Assembly: GCA_963693365.1 (NCBI GenBank)
Contig: CAVNZM010000001.1
Span: forward strand, 1,114,054 to 1,178,053
DNA from: Amoebidium appalachense
Lineage: Eukaryota > Protista > Ichthyosporea
Direction of reading: 5' to 3'
DNA: 64,000 bases
The notes under the pieces were generated by a model that saw nothing but the letters and a program-made list of their open reading frames with translations, did not search any database and had not been told where the DNA came from. Below are positions 34,138 to 47,690 of the stretch, piece by piece (position 1 is the first letter of the stretch; each line of letters begins with the position of its first letter). The translations under genes and the position numbers were made by a program.

Positions 34138-37100
34138 AAAAAAACAAAACAAAAAAAACACACACACACACACACACACACCCACCCCACCACCTCTCAC
34201 CACCAACATTCACCCACATCAAACCCCCTAATGCGAAATCTAATAACAATATACCGAACCAGCATACATACATGCACGTGTGGATGGACACACGATCACA
34301 AAACATTTCTGTTAAATTGTATAAGTATTTTGGGATGAAAGCAGAGACACAGTGGTGCAGTGTGAAAACACCACAGACACACAACAACAAAACACGGAAG
34401 GATCGGAGAAGTGTACACAACAGACATCAATGTTTAGACACGACTGAACTCAATTTATTTTGATCGCTAATAAATACCTGAAATTCCCTTAAGTTAAATC
34501 CATACATGATTTCCGACCAGTCGGAAATCAGATCTATGTCTAAAATAACCAATCACAATTAACTGATTATTTCCCGGATAGATCCGGAGACACAGGAACG
34601 CACACCATAGGTCACAGCTATAAGAAAGAAAAGAGGTGAAGAGTAACGAGGAAAGAGGTGATGTTTCTAACCTATCATCGGCTACAAAGACTCAGACATT
34701 TTCTGACTAAGTCCACTGATTGGATATAGTACGGCAACACACAAAACAAAAGTGTTTGACTAAGCTATGAATCATACCTGACAAGCTAAAGTGTAGCCTA
34801 AGTGTTTTTCTACCAATCAAAACATAACGAGTAATATAAATCTACTCAACGTATATTAGTGAGAGAGAAATATAATTATGTGAAAGGAAACAAGAGAAGA
34901 AAGAAAGAGAAAAGAAAGAAGAAGAAAGAGGAAAAAGAAAAGAAAGCAGGACAGAAAACACGAACAGCAAAACACAGTTATAACCGAAGATATTCATGTA
35001 CACATAACATGTACACGTTTCTCCCTCACTGGGTAGACTCGTGTACCTATAATCAGTTGCTGTAATCGATATCTAAACACACGAATATAGCCGACACAAC
35101 ACGATTACAAGTACTCAAATACACTGGAGATCGATGTCATAATTTACGTACAAGGAGCACATCTTTTTCATTAAGTAAATGAATGAAAACATAACACGAA
35201 CTGAGAAGATCTTACAATATGTAAATACTACGTATTATAACAATTTCTGGAAACAAAATGTAACCATTAAAACCATGAATTTACCACAGATTCGAGTTTC
35301 TGCCTGCCGACAAGCGGTTCTCAACCATGAAGGGTATCCCCGACGAGGAGATGCGCCTGGCCCTCAAGGCCCGCGGCATCGTCATCGACGAGGCCGGCAA
35401 CCGCAAGACTGGTGCAAGCGGTGGGAAGGCCAGCACCGGCTCGGCCAAGCGCGGGGGGGCAACGTCAGACGACGACGACCCCGACAAGCTCTCACCGGTC
35501 CAAACCGTCGACAAACTGGTATGTAAATTGTTGTAACACAAGAGTTTACTTACTGAGAATTTGTTGAAGCCTTGTGGTTCATAAAAGTCAACATACATCA
35601 TGCCGACCTCTTAGGAATCCTCGTAATGTCCGTGCGGTCCCTCCAACAGATCCTTATATGATATCATCTCGAGTATTTTCTGACATTCCATGAATGTCTT
35701 AATTGGGTTGACGACATCTTATGAATCCTCGTAATATCTGTACGATCCCTCCAATAGATCCTTATATGACATCGTCTCGAGTATTTTCTGACATTCCAAT
35801 AATATCTTAACTGGGTCAGCGACATTAAATTCATCATATACATTAATCGTATAATATCGAAGGTGCCTTGTCTTGTTTTGTGTTAACACACCATCACCCC
35901 ATGCATCCAAGGGGAAATTGTGTGTACCCTGTGTTGGATAGCGGCAGTAAGCACACAACATACGGTGTGCGACAAACTTACACCAATATGATTTGCCCTA
36001 TGCAGTTCGAATTCACCGAGGGGCTGTCCAAGTCCCATCCCATCTTTCAAGTGATGGCGATGAAGTTCCCGTTCTCCAACGAGGGCCAGAGCAACATCCC
36101 CGTGTGCAACGCGTTCCTGGAGTGCATCAACCTGACGAACCGGAGCTTGTACGCCACCCTGTCGGGGGAGGGTATCGAAGACTGGGTTCAGCTGCTGAGC
36201 AGGTGCGCCAGGGGCTCCCGGGCCCAGAAAGTTGTCTCCATCATCCGTGCAGGGCTCACCGCGTGCAATTCAGAGGTGAACCGGGGCATGCACACCGCCA
36301 TGCGCAGCTACATTGTGCCAGGGACAAACCAAGATGTATGTGATGACTTTTTTCCCACACCGTCTGCATGTCGTGAATCTGCTTGGGTTTTGCTCATGGC
36401 TGAATCATCTTGCAATTCATGATCGATATGTTGGCAGCTTGATGATTGTGTCTTCAAATGACAAAGGGTAACAATAAAGACAGGTTTTTTCATACGGGTT
36501 TGCATACAAACTGCAACAGATGCCGTGAGACTCACAACTAATCCCCCCCTCCCCCCCCCCCCCTCCCCCCCCCCACAAACACACAATACACATAACACAC
36601 CTGCACACACAGGCACATTTACATGTAACACGCACACACACGCACACACACACTCTCACACACGATGCACATGTTACACAGCACTATAGTGGTTTTAATT
36701 TGCACTTCCACAAACACATATATGCATACATACACAGTTGTTCCAGGTTGCACCGGTCAACTCCGGAGACCCAGCCGAGTTGGCCGAGCAGATCAAGTTT
36801 CGCCGCACGACTTGGGAGGGCTACATGGCGGTGCACCAGACCAACGGCCTGCCCTGCGGCCGCAAGTACAGCGTGGACCCCGTAACCGGCAACCCGTGGG
36901 GCAACTCGTCGCTCTACCGCATCATGTGCCTGGCCCCCATCAACGGGTCATTGATCAAGGAGCGCCTCGGCAAGTTCAAGACCCTCAACGTGGGTCCCCC
37001 CCCCCCCCCCCCTGAGAAACTCATTCTCTTCGGAGGTGTAGGTGCACCCCTAGTGATGGGATCTGGCTAACTGTTCCTTGCTTTGCATATTCTATGCCGA

Positions 37101-40100
37101 GAGATTTGTTTCTGTTTCTTTTTCCTTTTTTTTTCCCGTTGATTATTATTTTTTTTTCTTACCTTTTTTTTTTGTGCAAGTGGGTCCCCCCCCCCCCCCC
37201 CCCCCCCTCCTCCCCCAAAGAATGTACGCATCAATATGCAGACATGATTTAGCCACACCCAAACCTGACCCTCTGAAGGTGGGCGGCCCAGCAACTTCTT
37301 TACCACATATTGTTATAGAGTGTACCTTCAACCTTATGTTGGTGTAAATTCTCATCAACCATCCCCCCCTCCCCCCCCCCCCCCCCCCCCCCCCTTTCTC
37401 AACGTCTCCCACACCTCCCCTATTACACACACACCACTCCCCATTCACACACGCACACACACACGCACACACACATACACTTGCACACACACACTCACAC
37501 ACAGGAATTCCAGAAGGAGTTGCCCGACTTGTTCAGCTTCATGCTGCACACGTTTGAGTGTGGGTTGTGTGACCCTGTCGCGCACAAGTCGGGCACCCAC
37601 ATCAAGTGGTCCGCTGAGGTGTACCACGCCGACCTGTTGTAATACGTAGTATTTACATATGGTAAGATCTTCTCAGTTTGTGTTATGTTTCAGTTCATAT
37701 GCTTAGTGTAAATGCCACACTCCTATTATGTAAAGTGTAGCATCGATCTCCGATATGCTTGTATACTTGTAATCGTGTTGTATCGGCTTTAATCGTGTAT
37801 TGTAATATCGATTAGAATATTTATATGTGTGTACACGGATCCACCCACTCAGGGAGAGACGTGTACATGTTCGTGTGTACATAAATATCTCTGGTTATAG
37901 TTATGCTATTACTATCTTGTTTGTTGATCTGTGCTCTCTTTTCCTTCCTCTTTCTCCTTCCTTATTTTCTTTTCTTTCTCTCCTTGTCTTCATGTGTATA
38001 ATCGTATTTCTTTTCTACTAATATATGTTAGGTAGATTTGTGTTACTTAATACGTGTTCATTGGACGGTAACACACTTAGGCTACACTTAGAATAGCATG
38101 TGTGTTTAGACTTCATTAATTCACTTTAGTTTTCATGTGTTGCCGGGCTTTAACCAATCATCAAGGTTAAGTGTGATATGTCTGAGTCTTTGCAGTATGT
38201 CATAGGTTAGAACTTCCTTGATGATGACACGAGTTGATCTTAACTAGTGTCTGTGTCCTATCGTGTACGCCTCCGCGTACCGGATCTCTCTGAAAGCAAT
38301 TGGTTCTTAGTGATTGGTTTCTATTAGAGATGGATCTGATTTCCGACTGGTCGGAAATCATGTATGGATTGGACTTAGAGGAATTTTATCCTTTTCCACT
38401 CTCCTATCCTTTTCCCACTCTCCTATCCTTTTCTCCACTCTCCTATCCTTTTCCACTCTCCTATCCTTTTCCTCCACTCTCCTATCCTTTTCCTCCACTC
38501 TCCTATCCTTTTCCCCACTCTCCTATCCTTTTCCTACCTAAGATCTCCCTTGATCTGCTCCCCCCTCCCCCTCCCACCTTTCGCCTCCGTCTATCCCAGC
38601 TTAAGTCACAGTGGGGTAGAGTTGATGTATGTGTATGCTATGCTACGAAACACCCTATATATATGCGCCTATTAGAATCTGCACAAGCCAGGCCAGATTC
38701 ACATCTCGTACTAGATACATGCACTAACTTTATTGTTGATGATTTGATAGATCTCGGTGATTATGCTGGCGGTGGTAGGAAGGAATATCCCGATGCTCTC
38801 TTGTTACCAAACACCACTCCCGCTAGACTAGGTGAACCCCTGTCTCAAAAGGAAAGCTTGCGCCGGCTTGCTAGTATGAATCGATTTGGCCCCCCTGCTC
38901 GTATTATTGGTGATACCACTGGAGACCCCCTCATAGACTCTGATAAGTATTTCTCGGAACTGTTTAAAGATAGGACCCCCGCTCAGAAACCTATTGTGTG
39001 GCCTGTAGACCCATCTATCCCCATAGAATCGATCCTCCCCTTTTTCAGTCCCGATGCCATATGGTCTGTGATATCTAGTTATAGCTCTAGTAAGTCTTGT
39101 GGACCTGATGGACTCCCTGCTGGGTTTCTTAAAATCCTTGTTCCCTCCTACCCACAAAAGGAAAGTGATCGTGCTATTAAACCTGATCTTACTATCATGT
39201 TAAGCTCTCTCTTTTCTTGGTGTGTTAAATGTGGACATGTCCCGTCATCTTGGTTAGATACCTTAGTGATCCCCATAGTTAAGAAGGACTCTGAGGGCCC
39301 CATATCATCCTTTCGCCCCATTACACTAACCCAGGTTGTTCGTAGATTCTTTGAAGCTTGCTTACTTAGGTTATTTGCACATCACCCTAGGTTTCAATCT
39401 ATTCTTCACATACACCCATGCCAATCCGCTTTTCGTAAAAACAATTCATGTTATGTTCAAATAATGGCACTGCACGATTCTATGCAAGTTGGTGCACAAT
39501 ATGTTGGCTTTATTGATTGGAAAACTGCTTACGATTCTGTCTCCCCTGGTCTCCTATGGGAAAAGCTTGCTGCACGGGGTGTACCACACTGCATTGGTGT
39601 TCTGTTAGAAGCACTCTTGTCTCAAACCTATGGTAGAGCTGTGGTTAATGGGCATCTTTCATATGGTTTTGCTCGTACTAGAGGTCTCTTGCAGGGTTCA
39701 TTGCTTAGCCCCTTTTTGTTTAACCTATTTATAGATGATTTGGCTGTCAAGATTTACGCCGAAAACGATGACCCTATTAATAACTTTCCGCCTGCACTTC
39801 TCTATGCTGATGATCTGTCCCTCCTTGCCCGTACCCCTAGACGCCTGCAAAGATTGTTCGATGTAGTGTCAGAGTGGTGCAAGGCAAACCTTATGATCCT
39901 TAACATAGACAAATGTGGTGTTCTTGTACCTGATATAGCTAACAATTTACACACATTTACATTATCATCTAAACCTGTACCTATAGTTCCAGAATACAAA
40001 TATCTTGGTGTTCCGGTTGATTCTGTTGGTGTTATGTTTCCCCATATGGTCGAAAAGAGGGTAGAGTTGGCTCGTAAGCGGTTAGCTCTCTTCTCGGCTA

Positions 40101-41091
40101 ATATTTTTAAAGACACACCCCTCCATCCTTCTATTAGACTTACATTTATTCGCACTTTTGTCTTCCCGGCATGTGAATATGGTTTACCCCTTCTCGCCGC
40201 TTGGATCAAGAAAGAGAGAACTAGAGCGCTTAAACCCTTGGCAAATTTCCTTGAAGCAGAAGTTGCCTCCTTTCTATCTAACAACTGTTGTAAACCTGGG
40301 CCTGTAACGCTCTCGATATATGGTCTGGTCCCAATAGCTGCTAGAGTATCCTATCTCGCGCTGAAATTCAATAAGCACATAAGCCGCTTAAAGAAGTATT
40401 TGCCCTCCCACCCTCTCTTCTCTATCCGACCTGTCCCCTCCTCACCTCTCCCCCTCTTTCCTCCCCTCTCTCTCCCCTTCTCCCCTGGGCACAAATACAA
40501 ATAAACCCCGCAATAGTGTGTGTGTGACTTTGGACTGCCACTTACTTATTAAACATGTACACAATCACAAGATAATCACGCAATATAACAAATGGAAAAA
40601 GATACCACACGACACTAGACCCGATGAAAGCATACACCTTGAAAAACTAAGCCTTATGTCTCGTTTTATATATACTGACCGCCTCAACCATATTGCCAAA
40701 TATGGCACTCGCAAGTGTATAACACCTAAATACATATTACCTTCCTGTAGAACTGGTCTTTCTCTAGCTGATGGTATTATTGATCAATTACCACGCTTTT
40801 ACTGTACACGTGCTATACAGTGGAGATCTAATAAGTATAAGGTGGCATCATTTGCATGCCCAAACAACACACACACACACCAGTTTAACCGGTCATGTAT
40901 CGCCAAATGTAGTTTGATAGACCACATAATACCGCAACACACACACGTCACATTCACAACAGACACCCAGAAAGATAGCCTACCTGTAAATTACAACATC
41001 CTTGATTTTATACTAAACACGCGTAACTACGACCTGTTTATTAGATGTATTGATTGGCTTGAGAAACACATCACTACAAAATTATAGCGCA

Positions 41092-41158
<67 letters not shown>

Positions 41159-41190
41159 CCAGCTGATACCGAGTGTCCCGAGGGGAGCCC

Positions 41191-41226
<36 letters not shown>

Positions 41227-44200
41227 GGGGAACCCCAACTAATTGATTTCTCCTTGTAGTCTTTATGGTGTCTCGTAAAGAAAGTAAACCCTGATATATA
41301 GTCACCACCCGACATCTATGTACGTGATCATGATATACCGCTGAGGGGATATTCCGAGCAAAACCCCCCCCCCCATACCTGAGACTGGTTCTCTTTGCCT
41401 CGAGTAAACAGCGTAAACCCCAGAGGAATTTCAGGTATTTATTCGAAGATCAGAATAAATTCAGTTCAGTCGTGTCTAAACATTGATGTCTGTTGTGTAC
41501 ACTGCTCCGATCGTTCCGTGTTTTGTTGTTGTGTGTGTCTGTGGTGTTTTCACACTGCACCACTGTGTCTCTGCTTTCATCCCAAAATACTTATAGAAAT
41601 TAACAGGTTATGCAGCCCTTTTTGCACGCTCCCTACACACATCTAGAACTCGCGCTCGTTTTTCAATCATGGATCCAAACAAAACTGGCGTAAACAAAAT
41701 CACCATGTGGAAAGGTGAAGGGAAGACTGGTCCCGATAGCAAAACTACCTATTTTCAATGGGAAATCATTTTTCTCGGCATGATGACCGGCACTAAAGGT
41801 GTCCGACTCGTGGATGTTGTCCTTGCTGACAACTACGTCCCCCCTACCACCGTCGCGGTTGACGGTGAACCCCCCTTCTATGGCTACGGCACTACCGCGG
41901 AACTCAAAGAGGCCCGCAATTGCCTCCTGCTCCATATGATACAGAACATCGACCCTTCCGTCCTCACCACCGTTGCCCAGTACCGTATTGGCATGGACCC
42001 TGAACGGGCCATGTGGAAATTCCGTCAACACTATCTCCAAGGCAAACCCGATCAGATCCGCATCCTTCACCGTCAGTGGGATGCCTGTGCCCTTCAGCCC
42101 GGTGAATCATTCACCACCTACCTGAGCCGTCTGCAGACCATCGTGAACCAGCTCCAGTCTCTCCAAGATGAGTCCATTCACTTCACTCGTCTAGCTGAGA
42201 AGTTCTTCAATGAACTCACCACCAGAGACGACCTCACCCCTGAGTTCAATCGTCTTATCGAAGACTATCACTTCGGTGATAAGCTATTCCCCGACTTCGA
42301 GTCCCTCCATAACCACGTCAAGGGCATCGAGTTACGTCAAGACCTCAAGATGCAACTCCGGAACAACCGTGCCCACCGTGCCTCCAAGTCCAGCATGGCA
42401 TTAAATGCCAGTGCTCCCCCCCGTGATCTTCCTCGCCGTGACTTACGCACCCGACTTGACCGTACCTCTGGCACGGACCTCCGAACTCGTCTCTCCCGTC
42501 AGCACACCCGATCCCGTTCCCCCCACCGGCCTGCCTTCCGGTCCACGTCTCGTTCCCCCAGTCGTTCCCGTTTCTCGGGTTCCCGTCGTTCTGATTCCCC
42601 GGCTCGTTCTAACACCCCGTCCGTGAAAGAATGCTCCTACTGCCACGAGCCTGATCACACGATCATCGATTGCCCTGAGCCGAAATGCCGTATGTCCAGA
42701 CACAACCGTTCCCGTCAAGGCAGTGAGAAATCTGTCTCCTTTGCTTTCTCGGCATACAATGCTAGCTCCGTCCCCGTGTCCTCCGACCCTGCCTGGGATT
42801 CCGGGTGCAACATGACTGTTTGCCCCACCCGTGAGTTCTTCCATGACCTCAATCCCCTTCCGACACCGACTCCCGTTGCTGCCTTCAATGGCACCCCCGT
42901 CTTGGCCACTCACACCGGCCATATCGTCATCAACACCACCACCGACCATGGCACTAACACCCTAACCATTGAAGCCTACTACACCCCGTCTGGCCAAGCC
43001 TTCCTCATTTCAACATCCCAAGCTGCTGCCGAATACATCAAGGGTGATTTGAACGATGCCTCCACTCCGTCATTCCTCTTCGACCGACTCACCGGCCGTC
43101 ATCTCGTCAACCTCCGTCTACACAACGGTCTGTATTACTTCAAGGACTACACCATTCAACCACCCACTCGTCCTGTGGCTCTGGCTGCCACTACCAGTGT
43201 TAACCCATCCATCTGGCACCATCGTCTGGGGCACCGAGCTATGACCAGCATCAAGGACATGGTGAAACACGACCTTGTTATTGGTCTCCCCTCCTCTGTC
43301 CTCGCCTGTGATGTTCCTGATTGTCATGGCTGCATTATGGGTAAGACCACCAAGGCTCCGTTCAGGGGTGACCGTCCTCACTCCAACATCCCCGGTCATG
43401 AATGGCATTGGGATTTTTTTGAGCCTACCACAACATCGTACGGAGGTTCCAAGGATACCCGTGCTTTTTGCCTCTCCCAGGGCATCAAGGCCAGCTATGC
43501 TCCGGTGGACTGCCCTCAACTGAACGGCTATGTTGAACGACGTATGCGGTTCCTCCAAGAGATTGTCCGTTGCCTCCTCCATCAAGTCCAAGATCAGTCT
43601 CTGTCTCCCAAACTGTGGGCTGAGGCCCTCCAACATGCCGCCTACATCATCAACGTCACCCCGTCCACGACTGCCAATGGTCGTACACCATTCGAGGTTT
43701 TCTACGGTGTCAAGCCCGACATCTCCGAGCTCAAAGTGTTCGGTTGCCCTGCCTACACTCACGTGCCAGCCTCTAAACGGAACAAGCTGGCCCCCACCGT
43801 CAAACTCGGCATGTATATCGGCTATGATCTTCAATCACACTGCCACCGGATCTTCAATGCCACCACCCATCGTGTCGGCCTCTTCCGTGATGTGATTTTC
43901 GACGAATCAGCTTATCTCCCGTCCGACATTCCATCAACCCTTCCGACCCCCGACACCACTGCTACCTCGACCACCCCACCCCCCACAGTTGACACTGAAG
44001 ATGATGTTTGTCTGGTGTACTCTGGCCCCCCTCCTGCCATCGTCGTTCCCCCGACACCCCCCCCCCCACCGGCCCCCCTGCCCCCGTGCCCGTCCAGCCT
44101 GCCGACCCTCATCCTGGCCCTGGCAACGTCACACCCATCCGACCCGGCTCCCCCGACAACTTCCACTCGGCCCCGTCCAGCCCGGAGGTTGCCCCCCCTG

Positions 44201-47200
44201 CACTTCCGAACTTCCAAGTTCCCCCCCCACCGTCTCCACCTACCCCGGTTCCTGCACCCCGTCGTTCTGCCCGTCTCCAGGGCAAGGTTGGACTTCAAGC
44301 CACCACCACCCTGCCAGTCCCCCCCGGTCCCCCCATCAACATCGACCAACTACCCAAACTTGTCCGTCAACTCTGTTCCGGACCCAATGGTGATCAGGTC
44401 AAGTCAGCCCTGACTGCTGAGTATCAAGCCTTCGTCGACAAAGACATCTTTGAACTTGTTGACCCTCCCCCTGGTGCTAACATCGTCGGCTTCAAGTGGA
44501 TTGTCTCCGAGAAAACTCTCAACTCGGCTGGTGACACCAAGATCAAGGCACGTGGTGTTGCTCAAGGCTTCAGTCAGCAATACGGTGTTGACTATGAGTT
44601 GATTGAGAGCCCTGTCATCCGTCCGGCTGCTCTCCGTGCCATCCTAGCTGTGGCCGTTGTTGAAGGTCATGACATACATCAACTCGACGTGTCTACGGCC
44701 TTTCTCAACAGCCCACTCACCGAGACCATCTACATGAAACAACCCCCGGGATTCATCACCATGGCCACACTTGGCAAGGTCTGGAGACTCAAGAAAGCCC
44801 TGTACGGCCTCAAGCAAGCCTCCAAGGCTTGGTACGACTTCCTCGACGGCATTCTTCTTGCCCATGGCCTGACCCGTACTAAGACCGACCCGTGCATCTA
44901 CCTCCGGTTCTTCCCCAACAACGATGTGGTACGGGCTGGTAACTACGTCGATGACTCCACCATCACCAACACCCGGGGTTCTACTGCTGCCAGTGACCTG
45001 GCTGCCCACATCAGCAAGATGGCCAGCTGTCGTATGAGTCCATTTGACCGTATGCTCGGTGTTGATTTTAATCACTCTGATCCCCATCACCTCCACATGC
45101 ACCAGAGGTCTTACATCATGGATATCATCCACGACTTCAACCTCACCGATGCCAAGTCCAAGTCTACCCCCATCCCTGCAGGCACCACCGTCTCCCTGGC
45201 TGATTGCCCCCCCCAACCGTTCACCGTGCCCTACCGTGAGTTACTCGGCCGTCTCCTCTGGGTGGCACGGTGCACACGTCCCGACATTGCCTATGCCATC
45301 GGCTTCCTTGGTCGGTTCAGCACCAACCCCGGCAAGACTCACTGGGACCTTCTCCGTCGTGTGGCCCGGTACCTGCTCGGCACCATTGCCCTTGGCATTG
45401 ACTACAAGTACTCGGCCACCCAGTCCCCCATACTCGAATGCTACACGGATGCTGACTTTGCTGGTTGTGCCGACAGCAAGAAGTCTACCACCGGCTACAT
45501 TATCGTGTTTGCTGGTATGCCCGTCATCTGGTACTCCAAGCTCCAGCCCATCACGGCCACCAGCACCACTGAAGCTGAGCTGATTGCTCTCAATGCTGGT
45601 ACCCAAGAAGTTGCTTGGGTCCGTGACCTCTTCAAGGAACTCGGCTGTCCCATGCTTGCTCCGACTCCGGTGTACTGTGACAACCAGTCGACCATTGCCA
45701 TCGTCAACTCCACCGGCATCAAGCACCGTACCAAACACATTGCCGTCCGGTATCACAACACCAAGGACTACATTGCCAGTGGGGACGTGGTTGTCCACTA
45801 CGTTGAGTCAGCCCACAACTTAGCTGACATACTCACCAAACCCCTCCCCGGCCCGAGTCATGTCCACCATCGTGCTCGACTTTGTTTACCGGATATTGTG
45901 GATTGACCCGACCTACTTCAAGCGTGATTTTCTCATGTGTACTACTTACTTTATCAACATCATTATATCATATGTATTGCCTTTGTGGGTATGCCCACTT
46001 AGGGTTTATATATAAGGTTTGACCTGTACCATCACTCTACTCTATCTTTCACTGGTTTAAAACCCAGTTAATCAAACACCGCCTATACACGTTATATATA
46101 TTCGTTGTTTTTGCCCCGGTTCCTTCCCCCCTCCCCCCCCCCTTCCCCCCCCCTTCCCCCCCTTCCCCCCCCCTCCCCCCCCCTTCTCCCCCCTCCCCCC
46201 CCCCCCCTTCTCCCCCCCCCCCCCCCCCGGGAAAAGTACACACTTTAATTTTTTTTTTTTTTTTTCCGTTTCTGTTCTCAAGTGGGGAGATTTCACTAGT
46301 TCAGTGGGGATATGATAACACAAACTTCAAAGTCTTAAGTGGGGATGTTGTAATACGTAGTATTTACATATGGTAAGATCTTCTCAGTTTGTGTTATGTT
46401 TCAGTTCATATGCTTAGTGTAAATGCCACACTCCTATTATGTAAAGTGTAGCATCGATCTCCGATATGCTTGTATACTTGTAATCGTGTTGTATCGGCTT
46501 TAATCGTGTATTGTAATATCGATTAGAATATTTATATGTGTGTACACGGATCCACCCACTCAGGGAGAGACGTGTACATGTTCGTGTGTACATAAATATC
46601 TCTGGTTATAGTTATGCTATTACTATCTTGTTTGTTGATCTGTGCTCTCTTTTCCTTCCTCTTTCTCCTTCCTTATTTTCTTTTCTTTCTCTCCTTGTCT
46701 TCATGTGTATAATCGTATTTCTTTTCTACTAATATATGTTAGGTAGATTTGTGTTACTTAATACGTGTTCATTGGACGGTAACACACTTAGGCTACACTT
46801 AGAATAGCATGTGTGTTTAGACTTCATTAATTCACTTTAGTTTTCATGTGTTGCCGGGCTTTAACCAATCATCAAGGTTAAGTGTGATATGTCTGAGTCT
46901 TTGCAGTATGTCATAGGTTAGAACTTCCTTGATGATGACACGAGTTGATCTTAACTAGTGTCTGTGTCCTATCGTGTACGCCTCCGCGTACCGGATCTCT
47001 CTGAAAGCAATTGGTTCTTAGTGATTGGTTTCTATTAGAGATGGATCTGATTTCCGACTGGTCGGAAATCATGTATGGATTGGACTTAGAGGAATTTCAG
47101 GTATTTATTCGAAGATCAGAATAAATTCAGTTCAGTCGTGTCTAAACATTGATGTCTGTTGTGTACACTGCTCCGATCGTTCCGTGTTTTGTTGTTGTGT

Positions 47201-47645
47201 GTGTCTGTGGTGTTTTCACACTGCACCACTGTGTCTCTGCTTTCATCCCAAAATACTTATAGAAATTAACACGACCAGCCAGACTACGAGGGCGGGGCCC
47301 ACCCGGCAGAGATAGCAAGGGTAAGTTTTTTGTGCAACTATCCGAACGTGTTGGGATGATCTGATCAGCACTATGATGTACTCGAGTGTGTGTTTTTGTG
47401 TTCATTAGATGCTAATAACATGTCTTCATGGGTCATTGTTTCTAAACGATGCTCTTCAGGTGGTCTACTAGATGTTCCCACATACTTGTAATATGGGATT
47501 TATATGGACATAAGGACAGTCTTGTGTATATCAGTCTTTGAGTTTCCGAGGTATGCGTGTTGGAATACGTGACCATGTATGACAGCAAGAGCCTTGAAGT
47601 ATGTATGTGTCCTAGCTTGTTTGTATTCGTGTCTGCTTTCCTTCT

Positions 47646-47690
<45 letters not shown>

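Larger units (their letters stand above)
38387..41421 (+). mobile_element. LINE family 2, longest copy, inserted in a Copia LTR
   Basis: TSD AGAGGAATTT at 38377-38386 and 41422-41431; ends in GTAAACAGCGTAAACCCC. Confidence 0.92.
37635..47271 (+). mobile_element. Copia family A element (copy A2) inserted in exon 7 of the JmjC gene
   Basis: 5' LTR 37635-41605 (interrupted by a LINE), PBS at 41606, 3' LTR 46346-47271 after PPT AAGTGGGGA, TSD CGACC at 37630-37634 and 47272-47276. Confidence 0.95.

Noticed and set aside
41160-41421. Hammerhead or HDV ribozyme in the LINE 3' UTR
   Set aside because: I could not find a complete CTGANGA/GAAA core or an HDV pseudoknot by eye; it needs an Infernal search.
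44040-44080. Programmed ribosomal frameshift between integrase and RT
   Set aside because: The shifts fall in poly-C runs at different places in different copies, so homopolymer error or mutation is more likely.
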